Source: Basidiobolus meristosporus CBS 931.73
Taxonomy: Eukaryota; Fungi; Basidiobolomycota
Length of the DNA stretch: 64,000 nucleotides
Assembly (NCBI GenBank): GCA_002104905.1
Contig: MCFE01000110.1
Location: forward strand, 104,043 to 168,042
Direction: 5' to 3'
Shown here piece after piece: positions 1 through 14,490 of the stretch. Below the pieces are notes generated by a model that saw only the letters and a program-made list of their open reading frames with translations, ran no database searches and was not told the origin of the DNA. A program made the translations under genes and the position numbers. Within the stretch, counting starts at the first letter, position 1. Every line of letters starts with the position of its first letter.

Positions 1-2961
1 GCTCCGATTCTGATTCAAAAGAATTGGTATGCTGCTTCCAATCATAAAGTAGATGAAGACTCTCTCTAAGAATATCTTTGCTTTCGCTTTCATACGCCAA
101 ATTGACAACAATGTCAAGAAGGTCCACTGAAAAGTTGATACCATTGCACATTTTTTGGATGTTCAGGATAGCTATACTCCAATATTACAACACAGCAACA
201 ATATAATAACTCATAATTGTAGTTTCCACCTGCTTGAACGTCATCTTTTTCCAATGCAAGCCTAAAATAGATAAAGAAATTCAAGGCAGAGTTGGGCTCA
301 TACTTCTGTGCTTTTTCCAGTGCTGCATAGGCTGTTTCGACATTTCTATTCTCAATATGACACATTGCAATTTTACTAAGAAAATGTTTATCATCATTTG
401 CAAATGATAGTCACAATATCGACACGTGAACTCTACCGTTGTAGCGTTGCTTTGTTCTTCATATCAGAATTTTCGGTCATGAATCGCTCACTGAACTCGT
501 ACCATTTGAGTGCATCGTGAAACTCTCTATCCTATTTGCAGACACATGTTATAAACTAACTAACGATAATAAGCAATCAGATTAACGCATTACTCCATAT
601 TTATAGTCTCCAGCTTGCCAAAAGATCTTCCTCATTTTAGTATTTTTCGTTAACACTAGTATTTCTGTGCTTACCATCTGGCAAGTCATTCTTGTATCAT
701 CACTAAGGTTCGTATCATACTTCCTTTGATCTAAATTGGATTCATTAATATGGTCTATTTAGAGTCATTTCTACACATACCAAATATTACTGATTTGATT
801 TTCTCAATCGTCAATTCTGGACGAAGTTTGTTTTCGAAGGCACTGAGATGAATATACACTACTATGAGCTTTTCAAAGCAGTTTGCCTCAACAATCTTCT
901 GACTCATGTCAGCTAAGAATGTCTCCAGCCCCTTCAGCGCCATCTCTGCTCTAAAAGAAAGTCATTACTTTGCAATTTTCTAACTCTGAAATAATCTATT
1001 TACCCAATTAGCTCAGCAGACCGATGTACCATGTATAAATAACTAGAAAACATCATAATTTTTAGATGAAAACGAGAATCATACAATAAATGAGACTTTT
1101 CACCTTGTCATGTTATCTTCTTTGATTTCACAGGATTTGAGTGCATGAAGGTATGCTATACAACTGCGTTTAGCGTTAATGTTTGTGATATGTCAATTGC
1201 TCAAATAACCTTTCTCCATCACTACACGGTCCATGTTTTTTTTATTCATAATCTCGATTCTTGAAAGGTATGCTTGCGGACTTGGCGATTCCTAGTTGTT
1301 AATATTGTATTAACTGTGACATTTTTGCTACAAAATTAGCTAATTATTGGCTTACCTCGATCAAAAGATCTGCAGCACTTTCAGCCAGACTAATGTAAGA
1401 GTCATCCAGAGTAAGATACACTTTCACTGTTGGTATATGGCTCATTTTAGATAGCATGTCAGTCACCAAATTTAATCCACACTGCCTACCTAGTGATTCT
1501 AAAGTTTGCACCTGTATATTGGTCAATATCCAAATCCTCCAATTTGTAATTAACTTGTCTTACCAAAACCTTTTTTGACCATACTTCATGCTTTTCATTT
1601 CTTCCACAGTCAAGTATACTCACAGCCTTTTTTAACCATTTTGCTGCCTCCATATTCTCACTTTCAGTATTTTTTTGCTTGCCAAACTCCCTACATGTAT
1701 CAGCTAGCTCAGCTATCTATTTTCTATCCCAATTAGTAACTTATTAACTGTTGCGCCACTTTCATATGCTAAACACCTGCCTCTCTATCGGAAATTTTCG
1801 ATAGTATTGATGCATCTGAGAAATGTTAGCAAAAGTATACAGATCCAATTTACAGCAAAATAAATTTACCGGTAATTCTGTCGATCATATAATGTGCTAC
1901 ACCAGAATTGCCCAACTTCCATGCCTAGGCGCTTTAAGTATATTGCTATTTCCAGAAGGATCTCAAATACATACAATGCGGGCTCGACATAGATAAAATT
2001 GAAGCAGATTCTCCGACCGCAAACTTTCATTTGCATCTTTGGCATTTTCAGGGAAATCGTTAATTTTTTCTTGCAGCTTCGAATTTAGGTTATTACTGGC
2101 ATTTAAAAGGGCAACAATTTGAAGTACATACTTCATTCAGTTGATTGCATATATCTTGCGCCTCAATGGTTTCTCCACACTCTGTTTCCTCAAGAGATAA
2201 ATTAAACAATTCACCCATTTGACATATTATTCTATGCAACCTAGCATATATTTAGCTGCTTGTGTCCCCAAGTCAATCAGTCTCAGCAACACTTTCAAAA
2301 TATTAATATCAGACGGGTTTCATGAGATTTTCGTGGAGTTTACTTTGTTCGCTCTCAATAAATCCAGTTCCTGCTAATATAAGCAAAAACCCAGCTGTCT
2401 TGACTAGAAAAACAACTTTAGAAATGGATTTGACAAAATATGTTTGGTTTATAACTTTACGTAGCGCTAGGACTTTTCTAGTGATGATGAAATCAGCTTG
2501 GCCATCTTCGGTTCTTTTCACTTTGATTCCAGTGTTCCATAGGTGAACTCCTAAATTATTGATGATACATAAATGAAACTATGTAATTAAAGCGTTTTGC
2601 TTAGGTTTACCCAAATCTTCAAGTTCCATGGCAATTTCGGTCTGCAATGTCACCGATCCGGATTGTGATTGCTTAATATCATGTATAAGTTGCTCTAACA
2701 ATAACTCAATCTGGTCAACATCCTCTCTTTTCTGAAGGTTTTCGGAGATTTCATTGGATAACTCTAAAGGGGATAGGTATTTTTATCCCTCTTGGTGAAT
2801 GGGATAATACGCTATTTGTAAAATACCTCGAAATCTTAAAAGTTTATCACTTGATATTCCTGGATCAGTAGATTTTTCTCTTGCCTGTTCAAGTTTAACA
2901 ATGGGTTGGTTACTGGTGATCGTATTAGGTTACTTACTGCTTCTAAAGTTGTCTTCAGCAT
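1..2961 (-). CDS. ZIP4: Meiotic TPR protein ZIP4/SPO22/TEX11-like, multi-exon, 3' end runs off the window
   Basis: Spliced exons read DREFHDALKWYEFSERF..NKATLQR/KIAMCHIENRNVETAYAALEKAQKYEPNSALNFFIYFRLALE, which parallels TEX11 'DALQWYYYSLRF..TKLQRNMACCYLN..AKEAVAEAERHDP..FYIFKIA'. Also AWKLGN..AHYM and AAKWLKKAVSIL. GT-AG introns present; start codon uncertain. Confidence 0.75.
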
Positions 2962-4856
2962 CTGGGCGAGAGAACACAAGAAAGATAATAATCAATGGAT
3001 GACTAGCTCCATGAGCATGCATTTATATACAGGATCAGGATCTGCACTAGTATGATTTCCTGGAGATGCATACATACACCCTTGAGCATTCAATAACATG
3101 CACATACGTCGACTATTTTGCAAAATCTGTAGATAGGCCAAAGTGTTTAAGTTATTGATTTGTCCGAAATCATTATAACCTCGGGCGCTTCTATGAGGTA
3201 ATAACAAATGTACTTGGTCAGACATATATTCACAACATAGAGGTCAACTAACCAAGGCCTCAACCAGGGCACGGGATTTCACATTTGAGGAATATTCTAG
3301 CAAATAAAGTGGTTCGAGACAAACGAGTAACAAGATCCTGACTAGAGCTAAGATGTCCCAGCCACGTTCTGAAATCACAAGCACATAGCTACGAATACCC
3401 ACCCTTTATCATGTATACAAAGCTTAGGACTGGTTTGTTTCAGACCCAGCTGTCACATAATGTGTAGAAATGTCTACATACTACACCGGCAGCAACCTCA
3501 GTAGAGTTCTGGATTTAGGTGTTTGGTACCTAGAAAATTCCATAAACTATTAGTAATCGAATATACGGATGATAAGAATAGGTGAACTACAGTCTCATCA
3601 AGCTAGAACCATAAACCATTCAAAACAACATCGATATTACACGTGGGAAACTCCTCCCCCATCAAAATAGGAAGTGGCGTGATCAATACCTAGCAATCCC
3701 CTGAAGCCAATACACCTATGTGTGGGTATATCTGAACAGCAAGAAAAGGTGAATAGGTATGATTCAGATTATCGACACAGAAAACCAAATCAGGAAAGAA
3801 TAACCATTGGTAATTCATTCCTTAATATCGGATTTCGGAATAGACGTTGATATTGAAATCCAGGTTACAGCAGCCTATCTAATCAGATATTGTCAAATTT
3901 ATTCATTTGGTAACCTATCATGACCAATTATACTATAGGATTCTGTCGGCATATCGTAGCTCACCAATTCCAATTGTTGAACGAGGTTCTGGACTCGTAA
4001 AAGGCAGCTCAAAGATACCTATATACCCGATCATGGGCTATGTAATCATTCAATGCTTGGACAAATACGGGAATGTCTATGCTTGGTATCTTCTTTAATT
4101 GGAAGAGGCAGGCTGGCAGCATGAATGAAATTCGGTCGAGTCGGGTATATCCAAGGCCAAGTTTAATTCCTACACAAGTTGGATCAATCAACCATCGATG
4201 ATGCTGGATTGGCGTCAGGATGCTTTGACTCATTCACCTGTATTTAACCAATCGGCCAGCAACAACAGGGCCCTTGGGAGATGCAGGTCGGTATTTCTAG
4301 ACCTCTCTATATCCAAATGGGATTCGCAGCATATTGGTCAATTTCGTCACTTTGCCTCTATTTGACTTCAACGCTATTTTGATAGAGTCGATCTTTCTGA
4401 GCGATTCCCACTTCTTGTATTACAAAGGAGTGCGCTCCTGCACGTTAATAAAACTAGATCCAGCTTTGTTCCAATCAACCATGGGCAGCTGGGAATCACT
4501 CAACCCCATTCATTTGGTGGATTTTCGCCTATTTCCTCATAAACTTAGTTTATTTTTCGCCTATACAGCCCTTATCTATTGCTGGATCTCTATAGATAAG
4601 ATTGTCTTGTGACGAGGATATGTGGAAAATCCAACCCCAACAGAAAACAAATTTTTATAGTCTACTCGGACCTCATGTATATAGACATGCTGTCAACAAA
4701 GTATTCTTTTGCACCTTCTCCTCTTGGTGAATTCTTTTTGTTGAGACTCCTTGCGTTTATTAATTATATCATTTCTATTCTTATTTTTGCAATTTCTAAT
4801 TATTCTTGATTGATCTTCTTACTTTACCAACCTACTTCCTTACTTTTACTGTTAAC

Positions 4857-5051
4857 ATGGATTTCATCATGGTCTAAATCGTTAATACGTGGAGCCCATA
4901 TCTCAACAAATTAAATAGTCTCTTTTTATAAAAAATCAAGTAGTCCTAAAAAATGGTCTACCTTAGTACAACAACAACGCAACAATGCCTTCCCCGCCGC
5001 GCTAGCCCAGAATTCCTTCCGTGTGAAGAACCTCCCTCTTATCGAAGTTGA
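4857..5051 (+). promoter_or_regulatory. Upstream ORFs in the leader of the GCN4-like gene
   Basis: ATG..TAA at 4857-4877 (MDFIMV*), ATG..TGA at 4953-5051 (32 aa) and ATG..TAG at 4985-5005 (MPSPPR*). TATAAAAA near 4927. Confidence 0.6.
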
Positions 5052-5160
5052 ACCAGAAATTACCAGCAATCCGTCAGATTTAGTTAATTCTTCTTCCAGC
5101 TAAACATTCAAACATCTCCCATTTTACCAAAAATACCACATTTACAGTCTTCCTTACAAT

Positions 5161-6009
5161 ATGTCGCTTTTTACTTTTCCTATCGAATCCGCTCTGTTAG
5201 ATATCGCTGACGTTTCGTCATCCGACAGTTACGTGAACGCGTCCATGCTTGAAACTAGCCAATTACTACCTTCTCTTCAAGGGTTTAATACCAATCTGCC
5301 TACTCCCGAGGAGATCGAACACCTATCTTTTTTCGACGAGTGGCTTGCTAACGACTGCAATGGAGTATTGGCTACCCCTTCATCCGACAAATTCGTTACT
5401 CCTCTCGATGATTTCGAAATTACTCCCATCAACGATGTATTCGATACACCATCTTTCGATCTTTACAACTCCGCTCTTATTGATGATTCCGTATTGAGCG
5501 CATTCCCTTCTCCAGAGTGTGTGTCTCACATGAGTTTCCTGTCTGAGTTATCTACAGACTCTGCCCATGATCCTTATACAACCCTTAGCTATGTGAACTA
5601 TAGTATGCCACAGGAATCTCCTGTGAATATTCAGCTCCCTTCTCCCGCCCAAACTCCACGGACTAGCCCAATGTTTTCCAAGCTGAACTTGCGTGAGTCT
5701 TGCTCCACCGTTGCAACTGCTGTAACTTCCAACAAGCGTGCTTCGGACGAAGTTGACAGTGCCGTGATGAAGCGTCAGAAAAACACTGACGCCGCTCGTC
5801 GGTCCCGTCAGCGCAAGGTTGAAAGAATCAGCCAGTTGGACAAGCGCACTACTGAGCTTTTGGCGGAAAACACCAAGCTTAACACCAAGGTGGCCATTTT
5901 GGAAAGCGAGAAGAAACATCAGCGCCAGAAAGAGTTGGAGCTTCAAATTCGTATTCAAACACTTGAGAACCAATTGGCCGAAGCTCATCGCATTCTCACC
6001 GATCGTTGA
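5161..6009 (+). CDS. GCN4: bZIP transcription factor, GCN4/CpcA/Cpc-1-like
   Basis: Intronless 282 aa ORF with acidic N-terminus, basic region KRQKNTDAARRSRQRK and a leucine zipper; uORFs upstream. Confidence 0.8.
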   Translation: MSLFTFPIESALLDIADVSSSDSYVNASMLETSQLLPSLQGFNTNLPTPEEIEHLSFFDEWLANDCNGVLATPSSDKFVTPLDDFEITPINDVFDTPSFDLYNSALIDDSVLSAFPSPECVSHMSFLSELSTDSAHDPYTTLSYVNYSMPQESPVNIQLPSPAQTPRTSPMFSKLNLRESCSTVATAVTSNKRASDEVDSAVMKRQKNTDAARRSRQRKVERISQLDKRTTELLAENTKLNTKVAILESEKKHQRQKELELQIRIQTLENQLAEAHRILTDR

Positions 6010-6921
6010 ATCGGGCTGCCGGTTTATTTATAGTTTACACCCTCGGCTGCTTTTGGATCATCCTGAGCCAAGTTGGCCTCTTCTACGGAGAGTCGCATAA
6101 GGATCTTGTTTATTTAGTTGGACGCGTTTGGCGAGCGTCAATTAGTTACAGGCTAACTAGTGGAATTTCGATTCAGTTTAGTAATGACCCCCATATTTTC
6201 CCTCTCTTCCCGGCCCCTTTTCTTTACTCTCGAACCTGTTTATTGGAAGAAATTCGCATCCTGACGAATAATCGATACTTTTCTCTTTCATCCTTATCCA
6301 TTTTTTGAATTTCAGTTACCTTTCATCAGTATTTACCATGATGAGTATTTTATGAGCAATTTCTTTGACCACGCGATGTCTACTTTTACGAATCTATCTT
6401 GAATAAATTGAATTATATTACAGGGAGTGGGCATTGCTTTGGGGTAGGTGTTTCCAAGTCACATGGTAATTCAGCCAAGGCGGTTGTTCAAATACAAAAT
6501 TGGAAAGGGTTGATGACCTGAAATTATATACATAAAGTGGAATAATGGAAATGTGAGATGCTCACTGGGTAATGAGGCGATGAGCAGCGTAGTGCTAACA
6601 GAAGTTTATCCAAGAGCTTGTTACAAGACAGTTGATGAAGGGTGGGTTACGTGAGCCAGCATGTGCATCATTGGACAATGTTATCCGGGTTGACTTTTTG
6701 ATTCAATCGATTTTTTCGAAAAAATACGAACTCTCATCAACCAAGTTGATGTATGAAATGGTGTGGGATACATATGTGTGAGGTGGGTGTGTACAAGTAC
6801 ATGAATCTATTCTTTGACAAATACTTATATGATCAAGCGAGTTTGGCGGTTGAACTGAGGAAAAGATATCTAAGTGGTGTTACAATGGAGTCTTGCAAAT
6901 GCATCGTCTAGAGCAGGTTCC

Positions 6922-7349
6922 TCATTTATGTACTTTCTTGTGGCGCGTGAGGGTAGACAACTATGAACATAGGGATTGAGTGAGTGTCGAACGAAGCTCA
7001 AGAGAGGAATACTTACATCACCAAAAGCCTTTGTGCAGCCCAGAAAGTCACACGCAAAAGGTCGTTCACCAGTGTGCGTTCGATAGTGTATTGATAGGGC
7101 AGTGCTTTGCACAAAACTGCGAGTACACGAGCTCCAAGAGCATTTATATGGCTTTTCTCCGGTGTGGATACGTCGGTGTCGGCAAAGGTCCGAGCTTGTG
7201 GAAAAGGATTTATTGCAATACGTATACTTGCATCGGTATGTCTTCTTAAACGCTCTCTCATACGGCGGTGAGTCGTAGAAAAGCCCTCTACTTTTTAAGT
7301 GCTCGGTTGAGGGATTGAGAATGTAGCGCAAGCTCATCTGTTTCAGCAT
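6922..7349 (-). CDS. C2H2 zinc-finger protein, 3 fingers (paralog 1)
   Basis: Exons 7349-7017 and 6960-6922, GT-AG intron of 56 nt. HTGEKPY/HTGERPF linkers; ends [15 protein letters not shown]. Confidence 0.85.
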
Positions 7350-7929
7350 TTAGAACAATATGCTCTTGACTGGGATTGTCAAGGAAAGTAAAGTCAAAGC
7401 AAGGGGTTTGGCGCGAATACGGAGAGCAGGCTTGTTTTATATAAATTTCTCTTTGAGACAGCAAGTCGGATCTGGAAAATATTATTGAACACTAGAACAC
7501 ACATGCCGGATGTAACACGAAGTAGCTGAATGCCTAAGCACCAGTCCGTTCTATGCCACCAGTTGGTGGAATTCCACTTGCCTAATAGTGATGGTGGAAT
7601 TATTGTTCATATTGGTATTGATCGATCAAATGAACAAATCGGAATATTATTCCACGGTATCTTTGGATGAGATACACTCAACGAATTTATCCGAAAAACT
7701 CAAAATGGTAAATGAAACAGATGAAATGGAAGCAAGGGTACCAAAGTATATCAGGCAGATGGTGGCATGGAATGTGTCAAACCCTCTAGGTTGAATGATA
7801 TGGGTGGAAAATGTAGGAACACTATAAAATTGGGAATAGTGCGAAGATTAAGTGCGTGGAAAGAATGTACAATCAGTTGATTAGAAACCAAGTTAAAGAA
7901 TGATAACCCAGGCCCTGGCTCTAGGATCA

Positions 7930-8516
<587 letters not shown>

Positions 8517-9336
8517 TCAGGGGACAAATCTGCCATGAAATTATGTCGTTAAGATAACAAGGATCTATGGTCTAAATCTATTATTCAGGAAAGATTCCCC
8601 ATTTATATATACCCAGAAACCTCCACAGAGTAATATGGAGGGACATATATAGAGTCCATATCGCTACTTCATCGCCGTGGATTCCACCAGTGGAATAATT
8701 AGCCTCACCGAAAACCAAACCACATAGAAATGCTACGCTACTTCCTATGCCGTACAAATAATTCCACCCTAAACTCCCACTCCATATAATGTGTCCCGGA
8801 GGAGCCAAAAGTGAGTAAGATCGACGTGTTAAATTAGTGGAAGCCATTGAATAATGGTACGTGAAAGTTAAGGTTGTCCATTACGAGGCCGGCTGAAAAC
8901 TGAAACATGGCAAAAATCTTGACCAAATGTGGGCCACCATAACGATCGTTTAAACAAATAGGTCATACAAGCTCCAGATGAGAAAAGGGAGGGTTCGGTA
9001 TCCTTGGCCCAGGGCTAATCCCCAGCCGGGCACAGCCCGTTCTCCAGCGGATGGTTCCTGATTGATATGTATGCTCAGGTATTCCAGAGCAAAGTATAGA
9101 GGTATGCTTCATGAGACCCTGGAGGCGTAGCTTTGCCGAGTGAATGGTGCGCAGTCACAGAATGGCTGATCAAATCTACAAACAGGCATATCAATAATTA
9201 TAGCTTCTCGGATAGTTGGATCGAACAGCTAAGATAGCATTCAATTTACTGAGTACAACTCAAGTCTACATCTACATAATATGGGGTGGAAATAAACAGC
9301 CTTTGGTTGATACGGGTGAAGTGAAGTACAAGCTGC

Positions 9337-9987
9337 TTAAATGGGGTAGTTGTGAACGCCACTACCACCAGTGAATGTACTGGAGGATCTGTCTTGCCCA
9401 CGAAAGTGAGCAATACAATAAAAGATTATTGAGAATGTAAGGAATAAAGCGCCTAGAAAAAGGACGGTAAATCTTTGGGCAATGGAAGCCCAAATCACAA
9501 TAGCAAACCTAGAGCTGATTGTAAATAACCTTACGAGCTCCGCAGAAACCACTTATCCACTTACACTGCATATAGGATTGCACGCATGAGATTGCTGGAA
9601 AAAAAATCGGTCACAACGGAACTCTTCGGTATGATCATACCGCAGTATGGTATCTCGAGAATTAGTATCAATGCTGCGAATATACTGGGGTGAAGAGATA
9701 AGCATCGGTCATTAACCTATCAACAGGAGTCATACATACAATCCAAAGATGGCAAACACAACAACTGAGGTAAACTTGATGATACCAAACACCACCAAAC
9801 CTAACATAAAAATGAGTCAGGTTGTGCACTACTAGCGACAGAGCGACACGATTAACATACAAATGGCAGCGATGATAGCGGACCTTGGATAGATGTTAGA
9901 ATGCGTGTCGAAAATAGATAGACAGCGTCCTTACCATTGGCCATAGATCGAGAAGTTGCCGGATCTGAATTCGGTGGAGATACTCAT
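9337..9987 (-). CDS. TVP18: Golgi membrane protein Tvp18 family, multi-exon (missed as a whole by the ORF track)
   Basis: Spliced reading MSISTEFRSGNFSIYGQW..LILILEIPYC..NLMRAILYAV..HFRGQDRSSSTFTGGSGV matches Tvp18 motifs (NFSIYGQW, EVP, MRA..Y, C-terminal TLGG). Confidence 0.85.
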
Positions 9988-10787
9988 GTTGGGTTCGTTG
10001 GTGAGTTTACTAGGTAGGTAAGCAAAGCAGAACCGAAGTTGCGAAGGGTGTGCTAGCTTTATAGCAAAATCCTACGTGCTGTGTACCAAATAAAGAATGC
10101 CATCTAACATGCAAGAATTTCAACCACAGCTCGTGATTGTCACCAAGCAGATCGAATAGAATTTTGATATTCACTGCTGATTGTGTATACAGGGAAAACA
10201 TGACGAGTCGCGGTATGCAGATGATACCACTTTATTCTAAGTCTGAGCTACGTCATGTCGATTTACAGTTGTCAAATTGCGTTAGAGGATTACTATCCAT
10301 TGATCCTCATTTGTTAATTACACCACAGTCACGGCGTCCAATTTGGACACAGGAAATGCGTTAGTATACCAGAAAACTGGCACATTTAGTGCATCAAATA
10401 AGCAGTGGCGTGCCTCCCGATGTTCGTTTCACAGCAACAATGAGAATCATGGGCTACTGTTTGTATCCTGTCATAGTAATACGGTCTGAGGATGGGATGA
10501 GCCAGCAGTGCAGGTCAAGCACCGTGCTTGACTGGGGTAGCTAGGCGGAAGAGACGATAATCCAAGTTGCGAATTGGCGTACCAAACTTCGACACTCTAT
10601 GTGCTTGTCAAAAGTGATACTGCCACCAGAAAATTGACCAATCCCATCAGGACTTCTCAAGCATCCTTATTCCAATTGCAACAACCATCTGAATATAGAG
10701 TCACCTATGGGCGTCACAGAAATAAATGTTTCTGTCATTAAATAGTTATATTTTTATTAGACCAACGTGATACTAGTGGGGAAGCAC

Positions 10788-11185
10788 TTAGTTCTTTCCA
10801 GCTTGAGACTTGATGACTTTCTTGACAATCTTTTGCTCTTCGATGAGGAAAGCGCGGACAATACGTTCGCGAACGCAGTGGCCACAACGGCTACCACCAT
10901 AAGCACGCTGAACGGTCTTTTGACGCTTGGAAATACGAGCATATTCACGAGGACGAAGGGCAGGTACCTAGTAGTTAAGTGGATTAGAATAGTCGCCGTA
11001 TAGTAGGATATCTTATAGCCACATACACCAGCAAGAGCAGTTCCACAGTCGCCACAGCGAGGAGCGCTGCCAGGCTTCTTCTCGTGCAAGTATGTAAGTT
11101 TGCCACCGGGGGTCTTGACAATACGAACACGGTTCGACTTGGTGTTGTATGAGAGACGACGACGGTAGGTGACACGTTGAGCCAT
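10788..11185 (-). CDS. RPL34: 60S ribosomal protein L34 (eL34)
   Basis: [29 protein letters not shown], intron 11026-10968, then [38 protein letters not shown]. Confidence 0.97.
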
Positions 11186-12205
11186 TTGTGACAGTTACTG
11201 TAATACGAATGGGATGGATGAACAATTAATATCGCCTGGATACTCGCATCAATTACATAGGTTAAATCTAGATGGATGAAAAGACCCACCTCTATGAGTT
11301 GACGACTGGAAGCGTAGGCGAAAGAAAGAACAACTCGAGTTTTTACATACCTATTTGTATGTCCACCGGGTTTTTCTGAAATTCCTGCACGCCAGGATTT
11401 AATTGGTGGATAGTCGGATCAATAGACTTGATTGTATCAAATTTTTGCTCCAGTCTTTACTCGATCCCATTTGGCCAACAACCGAATCAATACATAACAT
11501 TTATTAGGCCTCAAAGCATGACAACTAGCATAGGTACAATGGTTAATACATTAGCTCCCACATCAATACAACCATATCAATTGTGGGAAATACTACCGTA
11601 ATATTGAGGTTACTCTACGTATACTGGACTCAAGATCAATTACCGTGCAACTGCTCGATGATCACTTACGTTATTGCCAGGTTGAAATATCTTGTTCGAC
11701 AATAGGGCAGATATAAAGTGGATCAACATCATTTTGCTTTGACACTGGGAGGTATGGGTATATTGGACGATTTGGTACGGAACGAATGTCAATACGTTAA
11801 CAGCTATTATTAAGTGACCTAAGTCGTTAGACTGCTACCCAGCCTGTAGGCTACAAAGATCCTAATGGAGCTACGAAGCAGCTCAGCTAATATAAATTCC
11901 TGGAGCTGGAATGCCTAGAAATATACGTTTTGCTTCAAGTGCATGCTTAGCCCTGAACCCAACGCCGACATTATTAACAATTCCAAACAGCGAAGAATGT
12001 TCAGGCTAATGCCATTCAAATACCTGTTTTTCTCATTTTCCATTTGTGGATACGGAGGTTATACGGGGTCCAAATTGTTCAATGAAGTGGAAATATGATG
12101 ACTACTTAAAATAAACAAATAAACAAACAAACGGGTAGTGTTTTTATATTTCACACGACCACTGCTCTATTTGATAGTTTTTAAGCGTCGGCTTCGTAAC
12201 AGAAC

Positions 12206-14490
12206 ATGTCAAACACCGGTACTGATTTAGAAGTTTGAAATTGAATTTCCGAAGTGTTTCACTCAATCTTTCTTTCACAAGTTGAATGTCCGATTTGCCA
12301 ACGAAAAACCAAAGCGTCAATCATCAATGAGCATATTGACAATGGCTGCAAGGATCCCTACCTCAAACAAGAGAATAACATTGTAGCCGATGAAGCCTGT
12401 ACGGACCAAACTCCAAAGGAAGTAGAGATAAAAATAACCTCCGACATGGTAAAATCCTCATACGTTAGACAGACACAAGTATTCATGGATGACTTCTTAA
12501 TTGTTCACCTGTTTTTTTTCCATTTACAAGAAGTCACCATCCAGAAAGACCGCCGATATATTCAGCTCTCGTAAACGAAAAATATCTACACCTATAACAC
12601 CCAGCAGAAGTGAGGGTGCATCAACAAATCCGAAAGTGTCGGAGACCATTCTTGACTCTCCTACCCCTTTGGTGGATACGAAAAGAAATAAACATCAACC
12701 CACCCGCAGTGAACTTAAGTCGCGAAACCTGCCACTTGCTGAGAAGTCGCGTCCATCAACGTTGAACGAGTTTGTAGGACAAATGGAAACCCTCAAAGTC
12801 ATTCAACCGCTATTAAAGCATGACCTGATCCCGTAAGTATACTTGTAGTTACCGGCATCCGAAACCCCGTGTTTTAATACTTCAAAGGTCAATGATATTC
12901 TGGGGACCGCCTGGTACCGGGAAAACCTCACTAGCTAGAGTGAGTTACTTGATTTTCTGATAGAGCCTCAACAGCGATCACCGGCGCCTAACAGTATACC
13001 TCCTACCTATAGATAATTGCTAAACAGTCCAACTTCAAGTTCCGTGAGATGAGTGGGTGTAGCCATGGTGTGGATGATCTAAAGTGAGGTGGTTCTCATT
13101 TCCTCACCTACAGAAGAGCAGAAATAACACCTGTCATTTAGAAAATGCTTCGAAGAGGCCAAAAACACACTATCTTTACTCAAACAGCGCACACTGGTTT
13201 TCTTAGACGAGATGTAAGTCTGGAAACCTATCGATAAGCGAGCTGAGCACTAAATTGCCTCTAGACATAGATTAAATAGAGCACAGCAGGATATATTTCT
13301 ACCTTACGTGGAAAAGGGGCTTATCACGTTGATTGGTGCCACTACAGAGAATCCTTCGTTCAAAGTTAATGCGGCATTATTAAGCCGATGCCGTGTATTC
13401 ACATTCCAGAAGCTTGCAGGAGCGGAAGTCGTAAAGTTGCTCGAGCATGCAGTGGAGCTGAAGAGGGCACATCTTAAAGAGAGCGGAAGCGAAATGTGGG
13501 ATTTTCGGATAGACCACAAAGCGTTAGATTATTTAGCCGGGACCTGTGATGGCGATGGTAAATAGAGGCTTGCCATTTGAAAACCACTTCATCCGACCCC
13601 TTATTCACTTTACGCATTAAGCCAGGATTGCTATCAATGCGCTTGACAGTGCTTTAGACTCCATTGCAAACCAAGGTATACAGCAACTTGGCCCAGATGA
13701 GATGCGAGAGATTGTCAAAAAATCCCATCTTCTATACGATCGGAAAGGGGACCAACACTACGATACAATCTCTGCGTTTATCAAAAGTATGCGTGGAAGG
13801 TATGCAAGCAAGCCGCCGAAGTAGTATTTTGAATTTCGTTTCTAATTTTAATTGTGATCCACACAGTAACGACAACGCCGCATTATATTGGCTTGGTCGA
13901 ATGCTAGTTGCTGGAGAGGATCCTTTATTTATTGCTCGAAGATTAATCATTTTTGCTTCTGAAGATGTTGGACTCGCTGACAATCAAGCTCTTGGCCTGG
14001 TAACCTTCGTGTTAGAGATGTGTTTCGGAGGGGTTACTAACCAGTACTGAGCATTAGGCCACTTCTACTTATCAAGCTTGCCAGGTGATAGGAATGCCAG
14101 AATGCGAGATCAATCTTGCCCACTGCGTTACCTACATGGCTCGTGCTCCTAAAACCATTGAAAGCCATCGTGCCTACAAACGTGTTAAAGAGGCGATTAA
14201 CAACGAGTATGCCTGGCCAGTCCCCATCCACCTAAGAAATGCACCGACACGGTTAATGAAGGTAATAATACTTACCCCTCGAATATGCAGAGGTTGAAGT
14301 TGACGTGTGTTTTGCCACAGGAATTAGGTTATGGTAAGGAGTATCTATATCCTCCTGGTAAGCCTTGTCTCGGATTCTGTGCCGTCGGTTCTTTCATTAA
14401 TCAAGTATCTTAGACCATAACGGAGCTTGTAGCCAAGAGTATTTGCCATCAGAGTTGTCTGTTCGCGAGTTCTATGATAGAAGACTCTAA
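12206..14490 (+). CDS. MGS1: DNA-dependent AAA+ ATPase Mgs1/WRNIP1 with N-terminal UBZ finger, multi-exon
   Basis: [16 protein letters not shown] (UBZ), [82 protein letters not shown]. Confidence 0.95.

Noticed and set aside
5548-5988. 146 aa ORF antisense to the bZIP gene (likewise 19743-20213 opposite IBA57)
   Set aside because: Shadow ORFs explained by codon bias of the real genes.
8581-8847. 88 aa hydrophobic ORF
   Set aside because: It overlaps the likely promoter of zinc-finger paralog 2 (TATATAAA inside) and has no family motif.
11948-11962. TAGCCCTGAACCCAA, a Tbf1-like site between RPL34 and MGS1
   Set aside because: Single imperfect match far from the RPL34 start; not distinguishable from chance.
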